From: Gekko japonicus
Taxonomy: Eukaryota
Assembly: GCF_001447785.1 (NCBI RefSeq)
Contig: NW_015173748.1
Coordinates: 139,309 to 203,308, forward strand
Length of the DNA stretch: 64,000 nt
Direction of reading: 5' to 3'
The notes under the pieces are model-generated. The model saw only the letters and a list, made by a program, of their open reading frames with translations, did no database searches and was not told the origin of the DNA. This document shows, piece after piece, positions 48,185 through 61,870 of this stretch. Within the stretch, counting starts at the first letter, position 1; each line of letters starts with the position of its first letter. Both the position numbers and the translations under genes were made by a program.

Positions 48185-49464
48185 CTATTTAAATGAATAA
48201 TTGCTTAGAATTTGCAAGTAGAGCAAGTCTTATGTAGAATGTGTTTGCTGAACTTGTGTTTCTTTGGGTGTAGTCATTGCCTGGGAGACCATCTAGGATC
48301 CTTACATATGCCACCGTCTGTGAAGATACTACATTTTGAATATGTGAATGTAGGGTCGGCTGTTCAGGTATCTTGTTGACAGAACTGGAAACAAAACAGA
48401 ATGGATGTCCTTTTTAATTATTGTTGCACCTTTTCATAGGTTTGGTTCCTAAGTTTCTGGGTTCTGTTCACAAAGTAGCATTTCCTTTGGTGAGGAAGGA
48501 GAGGGTGATTTTTGGTAGGTTTTTTTGTTCCCTCACTTCACACCCCACTTAGCTTGCCACACTGTTTCTGGGAGCAAGTGTACAATTCGGGGTGTGTGTG
48601 TGCTGAAGGCTGCTGGGAGAGGGGTCAGGGAGTTGCCTTCCTCTTGCATGACTGGTCTTGCTGCTTCAGATGCAAGCAAGATTCTGTAGGTGTGTACAGT
48701 GAAGGTATGGGGGGGGTTTCATTGCAGCAGCAGGTTCCAGCCTAAGCTATATGCATTCAGCTCTCCCCCCATTTGAATAGGTGCCCTCCCTTTCCTATAT
48801 ACTTGGTTGTGTGTTGAGAATTGTGTTCATATAGGCTCGGTGCTTATGTTCTAGTGATCACAACTAGGCTGGGGTAGAGCTCGCCTCTTGATTCCACTCT
48901 CCCCCTGTGACTGATGGAGTTCCGCACTCGCACTAGGCAGCCATACAGGGAATTGGTGACTGACAGAAAGGAGAACCTCTCCCCCTTCTAGAAGCTTTCC
49001 TCTAAATATCCATATAAGAGAGTATCATATTTCTTACAAGAATGACTTGGTCAGTATTCAGGTAGGGAATTTACCCTTGTATACTGCTAAATATCCAGCA
49101 CTATTTTTCTACTTTGTTGCTTGAAAGTTTTCTTTTTAAATACGACAGAAGATACTTGCAATATAGGGTAGATCATAATTCATAGCGTTGGGTTTGAATC
49201 AAGGAGACCTGGGCTTATTTCTGTTCAGTCAAAAAGTTCAGAAGCCTGTCAGTGTTTCTAAGCTTAATCACAGGATTTATAGTAAGGGTAGTCCTCATGT
49301 AACCTTGAGCTCTTTGGAGGATTCAAATGTCAGAGGGCATTGTTTGAAGGCACATGATTGTGCAGCCTTGTTGAAATGAAGCAGAGATGGAACTGGTTAG
49401 TGCCTAGATGGGATGCTGCCCGAGAACCCTGATGCTCTTCACATTTAATTCTGTGGAAGAAAGG

Positions 49465-50810
49465 CAGGGTGATGAAGACCAAGGCTGACTGTGAAAAGCT
49501 CCAAGAGGGTCTCCACAAACTGGGTGAGTGGGTGGCAGTGTAGCAAATGAAGTTCAGTGCTGGTAAGTGAGGTGATGCATACTGGAACAAAATATCCCAA
49601 CTTCAAGTATAGGCTAATGGGGTCTGAACTTGCTGAGACTGAGGGGGGGCGGCAGTGTCAACCCAGTGTGCTGCAGCAGTGAGAAAGGCAAACTCTGTGT
49701 TAGGGATTATTAGGAAAGAGATTAAAAATAAAATGGCCTGTGTCATAATGCCCCTGTATAGATCTATGGTGCAGCCTCATTTGGAATACTGTGTGCAGTT
49801 CTGGTCACCGTATCTTCAAAGTTGTGTTGGAAATATGTGTGTTGCAAGGTCTAAAATCCAGCCATTATAGGGTTAATGTGTGTTTACCTCGTGTGCTATT
49901 GTTTAGACTGACCTGGAAGGGAACCTGGCACAGAGTCAATGGAAAAGGTGGCCCAGGAAAACTGAAGCCTATTTACTCACAATCATTGGTTAATGCATTC
50001 AGGTGATTTCCTTTTAGGGGTCAAGAAGAAGAAGAATCTCCATCTACAGACCATGTGATCAAAGTGTAAAGATGTAGTCTTAGGTGTCTTTGTTGTTTTG
50101 TAGATTTCCTGTGAACCTTTCCCTTAGAAATAAAGATTTTTACATAGAAGAAAATGCCTCCTCTCCAGTGAAGCAAAGATCCATTGCAATCTCTGAATAT
50201 TTTCCTATTTTGCCAATTTTTCCAACAAAAAGCACATTGCAGAGCTGGGAAAAGTACAGAGGAGGGCAACCAAGATGATTAGGGGGTTGGGGCACCTTCC
50301 CTATGAGGCAAGACTGAAGAGTCTGGGACTTTTCAGTTTAGAAAGGAGATGACTAAGGAGATGACATGATAGAAGTTTATAAAATTATGCATGGGATGGA
50401 GAGAGTTGACAAAGAGAAATTTTTCCCCTTCTCCCAAAATACTAGAACTCAAGGGCATCCCATGAAGTTGATGGGCAGTAGATTCAGGATGAACAACAGG
50501 AAATACTTCTTTACACAGGGAGTGATTAAAATCTGGAATTCACTGCCAAAGGATGTAACGGTGGCCACAGTAATAAACAGCTTTAAAAAGGGCATTAGAA
50601 GATTCATGTAGGATAGGTGTATCAGTAGCTACTAGCCATAGTGACTGAGGGGAATCTCCACCTCTGAATCCTGGAACCAGGAGGCAACTTCAGGGGAAGG
50701 TCTCGGCCTCTATGGCCAGTTGCTGGTTCTCAAAGAATTGATTGACCACTTTGTGAGACAGGATGCTGGACTAGATGAACTACTAGTCTGATCCAGCACA
50801 GCTGTTCTTA
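49465..50810 (+). mobile_element. Older CR1 LINE 3' fragment split by an unrelated insert (~49820-50233)
   Basis: KANSVLGIIRK...PHLEYCVQFWSPYL, resuming [16 protein letters not shown]...MIEVYKIMHG...WNSLP, then CR1 3' UTR. Confidence 0.9.
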
Positions 50811-51051
50811 CGGACATGTAAAAAATAATATGTTTAAATAAAGCATGAATGCCATCAGTTTGCAGATGTCTCGCTAGTCAGGTTCTGCATTTAGAAGTGC
50901 CTTGTGTTGTGTAACTCAAGGGTAGGCGTTAGTGCTACAGATGCTAGTCTGCATACTCTGGAACACTGGTCCTCAACTGGGTAACTCACAAGTGTCTTGT
51001 ACCCTGATTTAAGGTGAGCCATGCTAGTGGCTTCATCATCATTTTTAATAA

Positions 51052-51407
51052 GGTAAAGGTAAAGGTTCCCTTGCTCGAAAGCCAGTCGAATCCGACTCTA
51101 GGTTTGCGGTGCTCATCTCCGTTTCAAAGCCGAAGAGCCAGCGCTGTCCGAAGACGTTTCCGTGGTCATGTGGCCGGCATGACTGAACACCAAGGCGCAC
51201 GGAACGCTGTTACCTTCCCACCGAAGTGGTACCTATTTATCTACTTGCAATTTCTTGCTTTCGAACTGCTAGGTTGGCAGGAGCTGGAACTAGAGACGGG
51301 AGCTCACTCCGTCATGCGGCACACTTGGGTCTCGAACTGCTGAACTACCGACCTTCCACAGCCTGCAGTTCAGTGTCTTAACCACTTGAGCCACCGCAGC
51401 TCCGAGT
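51052..51407 (-). mobile_element. Full-length Sauria SINE
   Basis: tRNA-like head with A box TGGCTCAAGTGG and B box GTTCGAGAC, BovB-like tail, (ACCTTT)n; 11-bp TSD ATTTTTAATAA. Confidence 0.92.
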
Positions 51408-54400
51408 ATTTTTAATAACTGCTCAGTTAAACAAAAAACAGAAAAAGTGTAGTGTGGGAAGGCTAGTCAGATGCAAAAAGACACCGGAGCTCTTTAACAG
51501 TTGTTATAGGAGAGGGTATTTTAACAGGTATCCATATTCTGTCTTCTCTGAGTCTCCAAATGCAGCAGTCCTATCCTTATATTGATTTCTGTCACCCTGC
51601 CTGTTAAAAAAAGTGGGGCATAAATCATAAAATTAAAATGGGTCCCATACTGTCTGTGAACTGTGGTTAAGAGTGAGTCCTTAATCAGGTAAAGTTTCAA
51701 GACTTGTGCACAGGTAATAGGGTTGCACTGTACAAAATGGTTTGCAAACTTGCTTGGATAAATGATTAGGGACTGTGGTCTGTACTGCTGTGTTTAGCTT
51801 ACTGTAAGTAGGATCCTGTTTAATTTTTGCTTTGCTTAATGTGCCATGTTAATACTTACGCTGTGCTTCAGTTCTATTAGATTTCTGGTTGATTCCAGAC
51901 TTCTACAATCCTACTGCATTGTAAATTGGGTATTGCATTTTGTTGACTGTATTGACTCATGGTGTGTAATCCACCTTGAGTCCCTATGAGAATGGCCGAC
52001 TATAAATAACGTAAGTAAATAAATACTTTAGAGTAGGCTTATGTCCCACTGAATTTCATACAGAGTGTTCTAACATGGAGTTCTCTAGGAACAAGGCACA
52101 AGGGAGTGCAGAATGTTTCTAGAGAAGGTTCTTCACTGTTTCGAATGTAGTGTGTACTGTGGTACTACTCAGCAGTGCGGTGTGATTGAAAGAAATATAG
52201 CCAGTTCTGTCCGTTTGTGAGCACATGGCAAAGGTGATCTGTGATGCTGGCACAATACAGTATTTGACTTGCATGGTTTCTTGAAATAAAATAATTAGAA
52301 CTGTGTAGCTATCCAGCTAAGAAGTTGATTAAAAGATTCTCTTTTCCTTCCTGCCTTCTTACTTTCTAACCTTCCCTCATAGCTAAACATGTTAAATATT
52401 CCACAGTAATTTCTTTAAAAAACTTTAGCTGTGTTAATTTGCACATAAAAGGACTTGCTTGTAATTTAATTGCTGTAAAAGCATTGTAAAGTAATCATTT
52501 CGTTTTTCCACTAGGGGATGCTGCCGGCCTTAAGCAATCTACATGTGTGCCAGTAATACAAGCTCTGCTAGTCTGTGCACAGAAGTTGTGGGAGTCTGTG
52601 TGTGTGTGTGTTAGTGCTGCTTTTTCCTCAGTCACAGGTACTTGGATACTAAGTATGGGAGGGCAAATGCTGTGTATCATGCGCCTTTTCTGTTGTCAGA
52701 AGGGAATACATCCGCTAAGAACCCTGGAGTTCTGAGTGCCTTTAGAGGCTGCTGTGGAAACGGCCTTTTAACAAGAGTTCAGCAGAAAAGGCTTTTAGTT
52801 TCTTTCAAACAGATCTCTCTTTATTACACTGAACAATATAGTGCTTGGTTAATTTTTCACTTTGGGCAAATTGGTCTGTGCTGTGACTCTGCCCTCTCAG
52901 TTTTTAGAATATCAATCTGCATGTTGCAAGTCAGTTCGAAGGAACTTTGCAATTATAGTACCCACTTCAACAAAAAATGAAATTATTGGGGGGGGGTGTT
53001 GATTGTCTCTCTAGGATTTTACATACTTTAAAAGATCTATGTACTCTAGGAGATGTTGAGTTTCTAATTACTTAAGCACACTGTCTTACACAAACAGCTA
53101 TGTACTTATCTGTTTTTGTATTCTTTGTGTTGCTTGCTGTATAAATTAAGGAATGCATTGGGAAAACTCAAGCAGCAGAACTATAGGAGACACTTATATT
53201 TAGGACTTTCAAAAAAGAACACTAAGACATAGCATTTTCATGCGAGGTCTTCAAACTGTATTCTGTACAATTGCCACAATATTTGTGTACATGCATTCTG
53301 ATTATCCATACAACTACAGGACAGGCATATAGCCACTGATACCTTGATGTGGATGGCCACACTCATAGTGATCAGAAATATTGTTTTAAAATTATGCAGC
53401 TGTAGCTGTAAAGCTCTAAAACTACAGTGTTGCTACTGGGGTCTTCGCTGATCAGTGGGGCTGGGTCTCAGTGCTGCCCCCCTGGACAACTTTTACAAAC
53501 TGTTTATCTCTAATGGTTAACTCAGTTGTCCTTTCAATTTCTATAATCCTTGAAGATTACTAATGGGTTGAAAACGGAATGGCACCAGTGGGGGTGGGAA
53601 GGTGTGCAGTCTCTAGAACTTCGGAAGGCACTGCAAGGCCATTCTGTTTGCTAGGGCTTTAAATGGGGATAAAGGCTGCAGGCATATTTGTTTTAGGATG
53701 TATGGAAGGGACAGAGTTTGTATTTTGTATGGTGTTCTAGTTTTGTATTTTTTGAGTTATAAAGAAAAGTAGTTATACATATTTTAATAAAAGCTAGATA
53801 TTGAATTTGTTGCACAGAATAAAGAGTTAAGCATTGCTTGACTTCCATAATTTTTTATTAGACTGTAGAAGTTTTCTCTGATACGGTTGGTCAAAAATGC
53901 TCCATCAAATATTTAAACCATTAATTTGTTAGTATTGTTACAAAGTAATAAGCTTATACTGCTTCAAGAACGGTTATGAAATTATGACTGGGTTAAAAAG
54001 AACAGTGAGTGCAGCTGGGCTTGCACAACACGTCTTTACTGCCTTCGTCCTTCAAAATAAAGCCCCCACAAAAGCTGTTTCTGAGGATCAGGAATCATTG
54101 GTAACAGGTAGGCTGATACAGGGAGAAGGGGACACTGGGAGAAATCATCCCCTGCCTCTCTTGCCAGTTCAAGTAACTGTGCCAATCTGCTTGCACAATA
54201 GGTGAGGACGTGATCCAGTGAAATTTGCCAAGCAGGCTATCAAAATCCAGAGACAAACTATTAGTAGTTAGGTAGTGAACATTGTATTTAAATAGAGATT
54301 AATAATTACTTAATAATATTTTAACGTTTGATATTCTGGACAGTGTTTGTATGAATCTTAATGCTCTATTGGCTGATTTTTTTTTTCCTGGTCAATGACC

Positions 54401-54647
54401 TATGACCAATGACCAAACTAAAACTAAAAAAAAAACATTCTGCACAATTATAAGGGCTGTGCACTTAAAACTTTTTAAATGATATTAGAAAGATAAAGGA
54501 TTCTTGTTTTTTTATCACAGAATAAAAGAAGTAAGCCAGACAATTATAGTTCTTTTTAAATAAGCAGCAAAACCCAGCATTTCAAAACGCAGATGAGCTT
54601 ATAGGGTAAAGTAGCTTGCTCTTAGTAGTATGTGTGGTCCCCAACAA

Positions 54648-55190
54648 TTTATTTATTTATTGAATTTCTACCCCGCCCTCCCAGCCAAGGCTGGCTCAGG
54701 GCGGCTTACATAAAATCAACACATAGTTTACAATAAAGCGTAACATATAAATTAGATTTTTTAAAATTCTAAGACCATTTAGATCACACAACATGATAAA
54801 GTGCTAGTGACGTTGATTTCATAATGGGTCCTGTCACTCAGTTCTCTCTTCTCACAGTCGGTTCCTCGATCTTCTTTGATTGTCCTTCTGGTGGCTAGCT
54901 TAGGCGGCTGTTAGAATTCCAAGAGAAAACAGGGCTCTCTAACCTCAGCTGTCAGTTCTTAATGGTAGTGGCGGCTCCAAAAGCCTGGTGGAAGAGCTCC
55001 CTTTCACAGGCCCTGTGGAACTGCAAAAGATCCCACAGGGCCCTGATCTCCTCTGGGAGCTCATTTCACCAGAGAGGAGTGACCACCAAGAAAGCCCTGG
55101 TCCTGGTTGCTGTCAGCCTGGCCTCCTTAAGACTCGGGAGGGCCAGTCGGTTCTGGGCCTCTGATCACAGTGCTCTCTAGGGTACATGTG
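54648..55190 (-). mobile_element. L2 LINE 3' end
   Basis: (TAAA)n tail, GTAAGCCGCCCTGAGCC 3' motif, ORF end homologous to 2323-2520. Short L2 tails also at ~37340-37420 and ~43465-43535. Confidence 0.85.
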
Positions 55191-57982
55191 GGGAAAGGGA
55201 AAGCTTCTCTACCACCTTTGCTATGAGAAGGTTGTCTGATAGAGGTGCACAACTCATATGTTTATGTAGGCCAGAACTGACCTTGGCTGAAGCTTTTCCT
55301 GCATTGTAAAAGCCTATAATGTCATCAGGCCCTGCCCCAAATGGATTGGAGGTTAAAGAATTGAACCTCCTCTCCTTTCCTTGCATGACCTTGAGGCCAG
55401 TTGAAGCTGTATGAGCCTGCAGTATGCATTTTGTGGAGAAGATGCTTGATGTTTGGTCTGTTTGTCTGACTGTTTCTGTCATCGCAGTGCAATAACATAA
55501 TTCCGGTTAGGTACCTCACAGGCAGTAATGCTGTCAGAAAGAGGGAATTTCAAAAATGTGACCAGTCTCAGCTTAGGGGAGTTCTCTCCTTCATGAGGTC
55601 AAAGAAGTTTGCATGGCAACATTGGGTCTTGCTGCCGCTTGTGTTTTGACTACCGTGAGGACAGGAAGGAACTTCAACATATGTTTATAGTTCCTGTTGC
55701 TTGAGCTCCTTTTATGGAGTGAAGTAAGGAGCACCTGACTTAAGAAAGACAGTTGCAAAAGCAGGGGAAACCTTGGTTATGGGTATGGGGAAACATATAG
55801 AGTACTGCCTCATGACTAGCAGTACAGGACATTAGCAGCAGTCATGCGGGGAGGGACTCCGATGTCTCTACAGAAATAAAGGGGAATTGTACTGATAGGA
55901 GTTGAGGGTGTTCAAAGATGAAATGGGTGTATAGTGGAAAGACACGTTCATACAGGTGTTCAGGTATACCAAGAGAAAGCACTCTCATTATCAGTAATGT
56001 TGTGAGCAAAGCTCAGAGGGAAGAACAGAATTTTCCCATCTTCCCCTGTCCTGCTACTCTGTGCCCCCGAAACATTGGGCAGGAGACCCACAGAAACAGT
56101 GCTGTGCGTATTGTGAGGATCTGCAGTGGGAGGTGATAATAAAAATCATGCGTGCACACTGCCAGCAGAAAACACAGTTATAGGCCAAGCCATCCCTTTT
56201 TGAAGAAAAGGGAAAATTCCATTTTGCACTACTGAAATTATTGGGGGAAGCTGAAAAAGTGATACTCAACATAAGAACAAGCCTAGTTCAGCTTTTCTCC
56301 AATTTGACAAAGTGCCAGTCAAAGCCATGAGGCTATCCTAGATGCACGCAGTTGTTTGTACATTTAGCTCATGATAAGCAGTGTATTGGGTAATGCAAAA
56401 TGCTTGAAAGTGATTGCAACTTGTATAGCATTCTTTAAATGAGCACCTGAGCCACAAGGAAAGGCTGGGTATAACTATTTGAATGAAATCACTCTTAGTT
56501 CCATTCACAGATCTAATTTTCTCTGCCATTTTATGATGATATTTGTGAGTTTCTAAAAAAATTGGGAGATTGCACTGCCAAAACTCTTCTGAGAGAATTG
56601 ATACAGGTTACTTAGAGTAAAACAATGGAAGAAATTCAGTAGCCCATGCAAGTTCTCCCAGAAGAATTCAGGCAGTGCAAAAAACAAAACAAAAAAAACA
56701 CATTTTTAAGGTTGTAGATGTCATAAAATGGCAGCTTATCAGTGTGAAATTTTGGGAGGATGTACTGCCTGAATTCTTCTGGGAGAATTGACATGACCTA
56801 CTGCTGATGTGAAAAAATCTATAGATTAACTTCAAGCTGAGTAACTCTGTGGATAACTGGGCATAATTTCCCCCCCGTGGATAGAATCAGGAGCAGAGAG
56901 AGCCAGAACGGCTGATGAAATCATTCAGCCTTCACTTATTTTATGTGAGAGGAGGTGGAAGGAGTCCTAGGCTGAAATTTCATATTGGTGGTTTGATCTT
57001 GGCTGTGATTCCCATTCCATAACGTGTGCATTATCTTGGTATTCATATTTTCCAGTCGTAAGTTGAACTAGATATGATTTGAGAATTAGAATCAAGCAAC
57101 CAGATGGAAAAAGTTTTTGTGAGTGGAAGAGATGTTAATATGAGGGAACAGGCATCAGAGGGGGAAAGTACTGAGAATCCTACTTTTTCTGGATCTCCTG
57201 CAATCCTAGCTACCCCTCCCCCCATGCATGAGCCCAGCTACCGCTAAAATGTGCAAGTAGGGTGGTCAGCTGTCAACTCTTAGGGGCTTTGGGGGAGGAG
57301 GCTAAGCATCTTTTGGCATGACTTCTGGTCATCTAACTGAAAGTGAAGTCACACATTGTTGGGGCACTCCAGGAATCTCTGTGATAAAATCATAGATATT
57401 TTGGGGATTGCTAGGGTGTCACAGCAGCATGTGATGTCACTTCTGTTTACACCACAGGAAGTGATCTTGTGGCATCAGTGCCACACACACCCTTTTTCTG
57501 TTGCTACTGCACCAGGGCAGAAGAATATTATGTTAGTGCCAGAGAGTATACTTGAATGACCTACATAATAGAAAATCTGTTTGTGTTCTGCCCTCATGTT
57601 TAAAAGGGAGCAGTTGTGGTAACTGGTCGTACTAATGTAATGGCTGACGCAGACTTTAATTTAACAGACACTGTGTGTAAGAGAGGAACCTTGTATCTTA
57701 GATTTCAAATTCAATTTGGTATGTGCTTAGCTTCCTTGGAAGCTTATATCCAAATCTACTCCCTGGAGGACCACTTCTGCCTAACATGGCACATTCTTAA
57801 TTTGGCTGCATTATATACTCAAATAGCTGTCTTTGCTAGACCTGGCAGGCATTCAGTAGCTTTGCTATTGAGTGGAAGAAGAATTGCAAAAGGGCTTTCA
57901 AGACTAAAAGAATCCTCTGGGAGCAAGAAGCTTGTGATGAACTGCACTTAGCTTAGAAGTGCTGTACAAACAGCTGAAGGAC

Positions 57983-58850
57983 TGTGAAGGGTTAATTCTT
58001 TACAGAAACAGAAAGCCTTGAATGACAGGCTGCTCCAAGCAGTCTGATTGGTTAGCATCAGCTGAGCAGAGAGACTTTAGAGCTGAATGCTGAGGAGGAG
58101 ATTTTCATTCTGAATTCAGCCCTGATTGAGAGCAGTTTAACACAGGCAGGAGGACTGGGGGAAATTGGCAAGGACTAGTGGGTAGTTAGATGGAGACTCC
58201 CATTTGGGCCAAGGAAAGGGGATAGGTCTTCTAATGAGAGAAGAATATTCCCTACCCAGTAAAACAGGGTGATAGCGCTGAAGAGTGTAGAGATCCCTGG
58301 TCTGGTATGGTTAGAAACTGCCTTTAGAGACCTTAAGAGTCAGTTAAAAACTCAAGACAAGTACTGGTATTTCAAGAGAAGGGTTTGGGTGCTAGAAAAA
58401 GTGTACCAGCCTTCTGGAAACCAAAAGAGTCAGACAAAATTCTAAGAAAGTATACTAGAGTGTTTGGGAAAACACTGGAACAAAAGCCGTTCAACCTAAA
58501 GATTTTAAGTAACTATGGATAGTTTAAGAAACTCTCATTAGCCTGAAATATAAGAACTAAAGTCTGTGCATGTACTGATCTTCAGAGTTATCTATATTGA
58601 GTTACCTCAGAAATTTTCAGCCCCTGATTTCACTTGACATTACCCATCTGTGTCGAATAAAATATTTTGTTAATTTGGAATATAAAAACTTCTTGAGTGC
58701 CATGTAAGCTGTATACATTAAAGGGGGCTCTCATTCCTTCCCTCAGGTTCCTGGGCTGAGCAAACAGCTAAAATATTATACTGTGACAGGGTGGGACAGC
58801 CAGAATTCTTCAGGAAAAAGAAAACAGAAAACTAAGGTGGCTCAGTCACA
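57983..58850 (+). mobile_element. Probable solo LTR
   Basis: TGTGAAGGGTTAA...CAGTCACA termini, AATAAA at ~58657; no clean TSD. Confidence 0.4.
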
Positions 58851-59852
58851 GAAGGGAAAGAAAAACTGAGGGAAAATCTTGCCACTGAGGGAGGCAAGTG
58901 GACGGGGCCAACGGAAAACTTTTAACATTGCAGTAGAACTAAGATATTTATAGATGCAAAGATCAGAGCAAGTCTATACATGTTGCCCCTTAATTGTGTA
59001 GGCTAGGAACAGATCTACAATGAAGCTTCTGAGTGTGTTGGCAAGCGGAGACACTACTTTCCTGTGAGTGAAGCCAGGAGGATTAGCATGTCAGTGCCTG
59101 ATTTTAAGTGGACACTAACCTCACCTTTATATAGGAACCAAGTTAATTACGCCTTTAGCTCTGTATTAATGTTAGGTCTCCCACTGTGGTTTTACTGTCT
59201 CTTACTCAATTTGAAATATATAGAAAACTGGATCTTAAGACTGGCAGCTCCGAGACAGGTGTCATGGAGACAAATGTTTGCGGAGCCTCCCTGTACAAAC
59301 GGCTGATGCCGTCCTGACCAATCTTTTATGGCATTCCACTCACGCCACCATTGTGGCAACAGGAAGGAATGATGCAATAGCAGCCAAGTTCATCTCTGTG
59401 TGGGAGGAAGGCTCTTAAAATAACAGTAGGTGGGTCCTGTTCTTTGACTTGTTCGTTACAATTGCCTTGTGAAGGCAAGTTTGGGAGTCTTAACTTCTTG
59501 GCCTGCGGGAGAGTAGGCTGTGGGTTGAGGTCCTGTTCAGTTTAAGCGCATCTTTTGTACTGGGAGACTCTTAGGGGTCCAGTTTTAGGAGGGTAGCCAT
59601 ATTGATCTGCAGTAGAAGGGCTTGATTCAAGTGCACTCGCATCTTAGAAACCAGCGGGTGTGTGTGTGTGTGTGTATAAGCCTTTGAGAGTCAAAGCTTC
59701 CTTCATCATATACAAATCCAGGATTCTGAACCTCAGTGATCATTCTGGAGGAACCAAGGTGGATTGATCGAAATCATTCCCCATTTTGAAAGGCATAAAT
59801 TCCCTAAATAAGCATACATTCTAGCTAGTTACTATAAGAAAGCATATCAGTT

Positions 59853-59978
59853 TAAGAACATAAGAACATAAGAGATGCCAATGTTGGATCAGGCCAAAGG
59901 CCCATCCAGTCCAACACTCTGTATCACACAGTGGCCAGAAATACTAGGTGTCATCAGGTGGTCCACCAATGGGGCCAG
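59853..59978 (-). mobile_element. CR1 3' end fragment
   Basis: Near-identical to 44015-44135, including the tail. Confidence 0.9.
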
Positions 59979-60007
59979 CTTGTATCTTAACAAAGTTTAT
60001 ACAACAA

Positions 60008-60195
60008 CAGGGGTGTCAAACTCATTTGTTATGAGAGCTGGATCTGACATAAATAAGACTTTGGGCTAGGCCATGTGTGTCATAAAAGGTAATTCCAGAT
60101 AGTGGCGATATAAACTTTATAAAGGACACAGATAAACACAATTAAAGATTTCTTAAACTTTAAATAACACATTTCCAGTGAGTTCGACACCCCTG
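60008..60195. mobile_element. hAT-type MITE
   Basis: TIRs CAGGGGTGTCAAACTCA / TGAGTTCGACACCCCTG; TSD not evident. Confidence 0.7.
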
Positions 60196-60891
60196 AATAG
60201 GAGCATAATGTTTGGCCCTGCTGCCTGCGTGTGTTCTTAATTATGTCTTCTTTGATGACAAATTTCTGTTTGTTGTTCACGATACACATAGGAGGGTACT
60301 AAAGAACATAATTTACTTTGAAGGCTAAGATTCCGGAACATCCCATAAATAAGGTTATGGTAGTTATTAGGCCAAATAGTGCTTCTCCACAGTGTTAACT
60401 CCCCCCCCCCCGCTTGTGACAGTATTGATCTAAGAACTTAATTTGTGAAGAGTCTTCATTCTGTAAATCTTATTTGTAATTAGATTCAAGGCAGTTTTCA
60501 GTGAGTTCATACAAATACCTGGTTCTTTATAAACTTCAGAAAAATGTGTGGGTCTTGTATGCATTGCTCAAATATACTGAAACTCCTCATTCAAGCAATT
60601 TAATTTCCTACTATGAATGAATAAGGTTTCATTGTTCTTCCATGTCAATTCCTGAACTGTTTCGATTCGCAGTCCATTCCTGGCATCCTGACTTTTAGGA
60701 AAAGCTCCACCTTTCCAAAGCTTCCTGTTGCTTAATGCGGGAATGCTTTCCCTTGCTCGTTTCCCCCGCCCACGCCAGCAGTTCTGCCTCTTGTCGGCTC
60801 CAGCTCTTATTCATGGTAATCACATTTTTGTGACACACCATGCCTGAGGGAGCTGCTTTCTGACTTGTGCTGGTTTTCTGTAGGACACAAT

Positions 60892-61000
60892 ATGATTCTT
60901 GGGACCATTCTTCAGTCGAACAGTTTTGGTAAAGAGAATGATGAGCAGCTGTGCCCCTTCTGTGAGGAGGCCTCCTATCCTAGATTATGTGGTTTGACAG
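60892..61000 (+). CDS. ABL2: ABL2 alternative first coding exon 1a
   Basis: Translates MILGTILQSNSFGKENDEQLCPFCEEASYPRLCGLT, similar to recalled human 1a MVLGTVLLPPNSYGRDQDTSLCCLCTEASESALPDLT. Phase-1 donor ACAG|GTATGT; expected position downstream of 1b. Confidence 0.9.
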
Positions 61001-61715
61001 GTATGTTGGAAAGGTATATGATTTTAAGTCCACCAGAACTGTGGGCTTCTGAACTCTGGTGAACCTAAGTGAGCAGCCACATATTAGGCTTGGCTTTTAA
61101 GAATGCAGTTTGTTTGGTGCTCCTTCAGTTTCTTTCGGCTTGATTTTATGTTGGGTCTGAAGTGATCTGTAGTATGGTAGGGCATTGTGAATGGACTCAG
61201 GCAGGGAGTAGGTCATGGGGGGGGTGCATAAGAAAGGTAAAAGGATGTGGTGAGGCAGTCTATTCACTATCAGAGATTGCACAGCTTGGTCGGGCAGCAA
61301 ATGTTTTGAAGTGCTAAATTCTTCCGTTGTGGTAGGTAGGTTACTGAACTGTAGATTTAGAGATTGCATTCTTGCATTTCCATACCATAGAGGATTAAAG
61401 TGATGGTCACATAAAGCACATAAATGGGCTCTTGCTAATGCTTTCACTGCATAAGGGCACAGTTATCTTGCTATTTAAAATGCAGTTACATAAACAGTGC
61501 CCTTGGTTTAAGTATTCACTGGTTAAGGAAAGGGGTTTTGTAGTCCAGTTTCTTATATTCTCCTATCTGTCATAGGTTTCTTAACTGTAGTTGTTTTTAA
61601 GGTACCAAGAGTTCCCATTGTGGCTTGCCCTTCTATTTACTATGTTTTCAGTCCTCATCAGTCTCTACTAGGTTCAGGTGTGAGAATCCTATCAAAGATG
61701 TACTGTACATTTTAT

Positions 61716-61870
61716 AGAACAAAATTTAAGTCCAGTGGCATAAGCTTTCGTGTGCATGCACACTTCTTCAGCTTTATACCCATAATTAAACTTTGTTGGT
61801 CGTAAGGGTGCCACTGGACTCAAACTTTGTTCTGTTGCTTCAGACCCCAACATGGCTACTCACCTGAATG
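61716..61870. mobile_element. Penelope-derived non-autonomous element with inverted arms and a hammerhead core
   Basis: Inverted arms AGAACAAAATTTAAGTCCAGTGGCA / TGCCACTGGACTCAAACTTTGTTCT flank CTGAAGA-A-GTGTGCATGCACAC-GAAA (-). Same family at ~24945-25110, ~25345-25432, ~15050-15122, ~36268-36340 and ~59590-59712. Confidence 0.7.
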
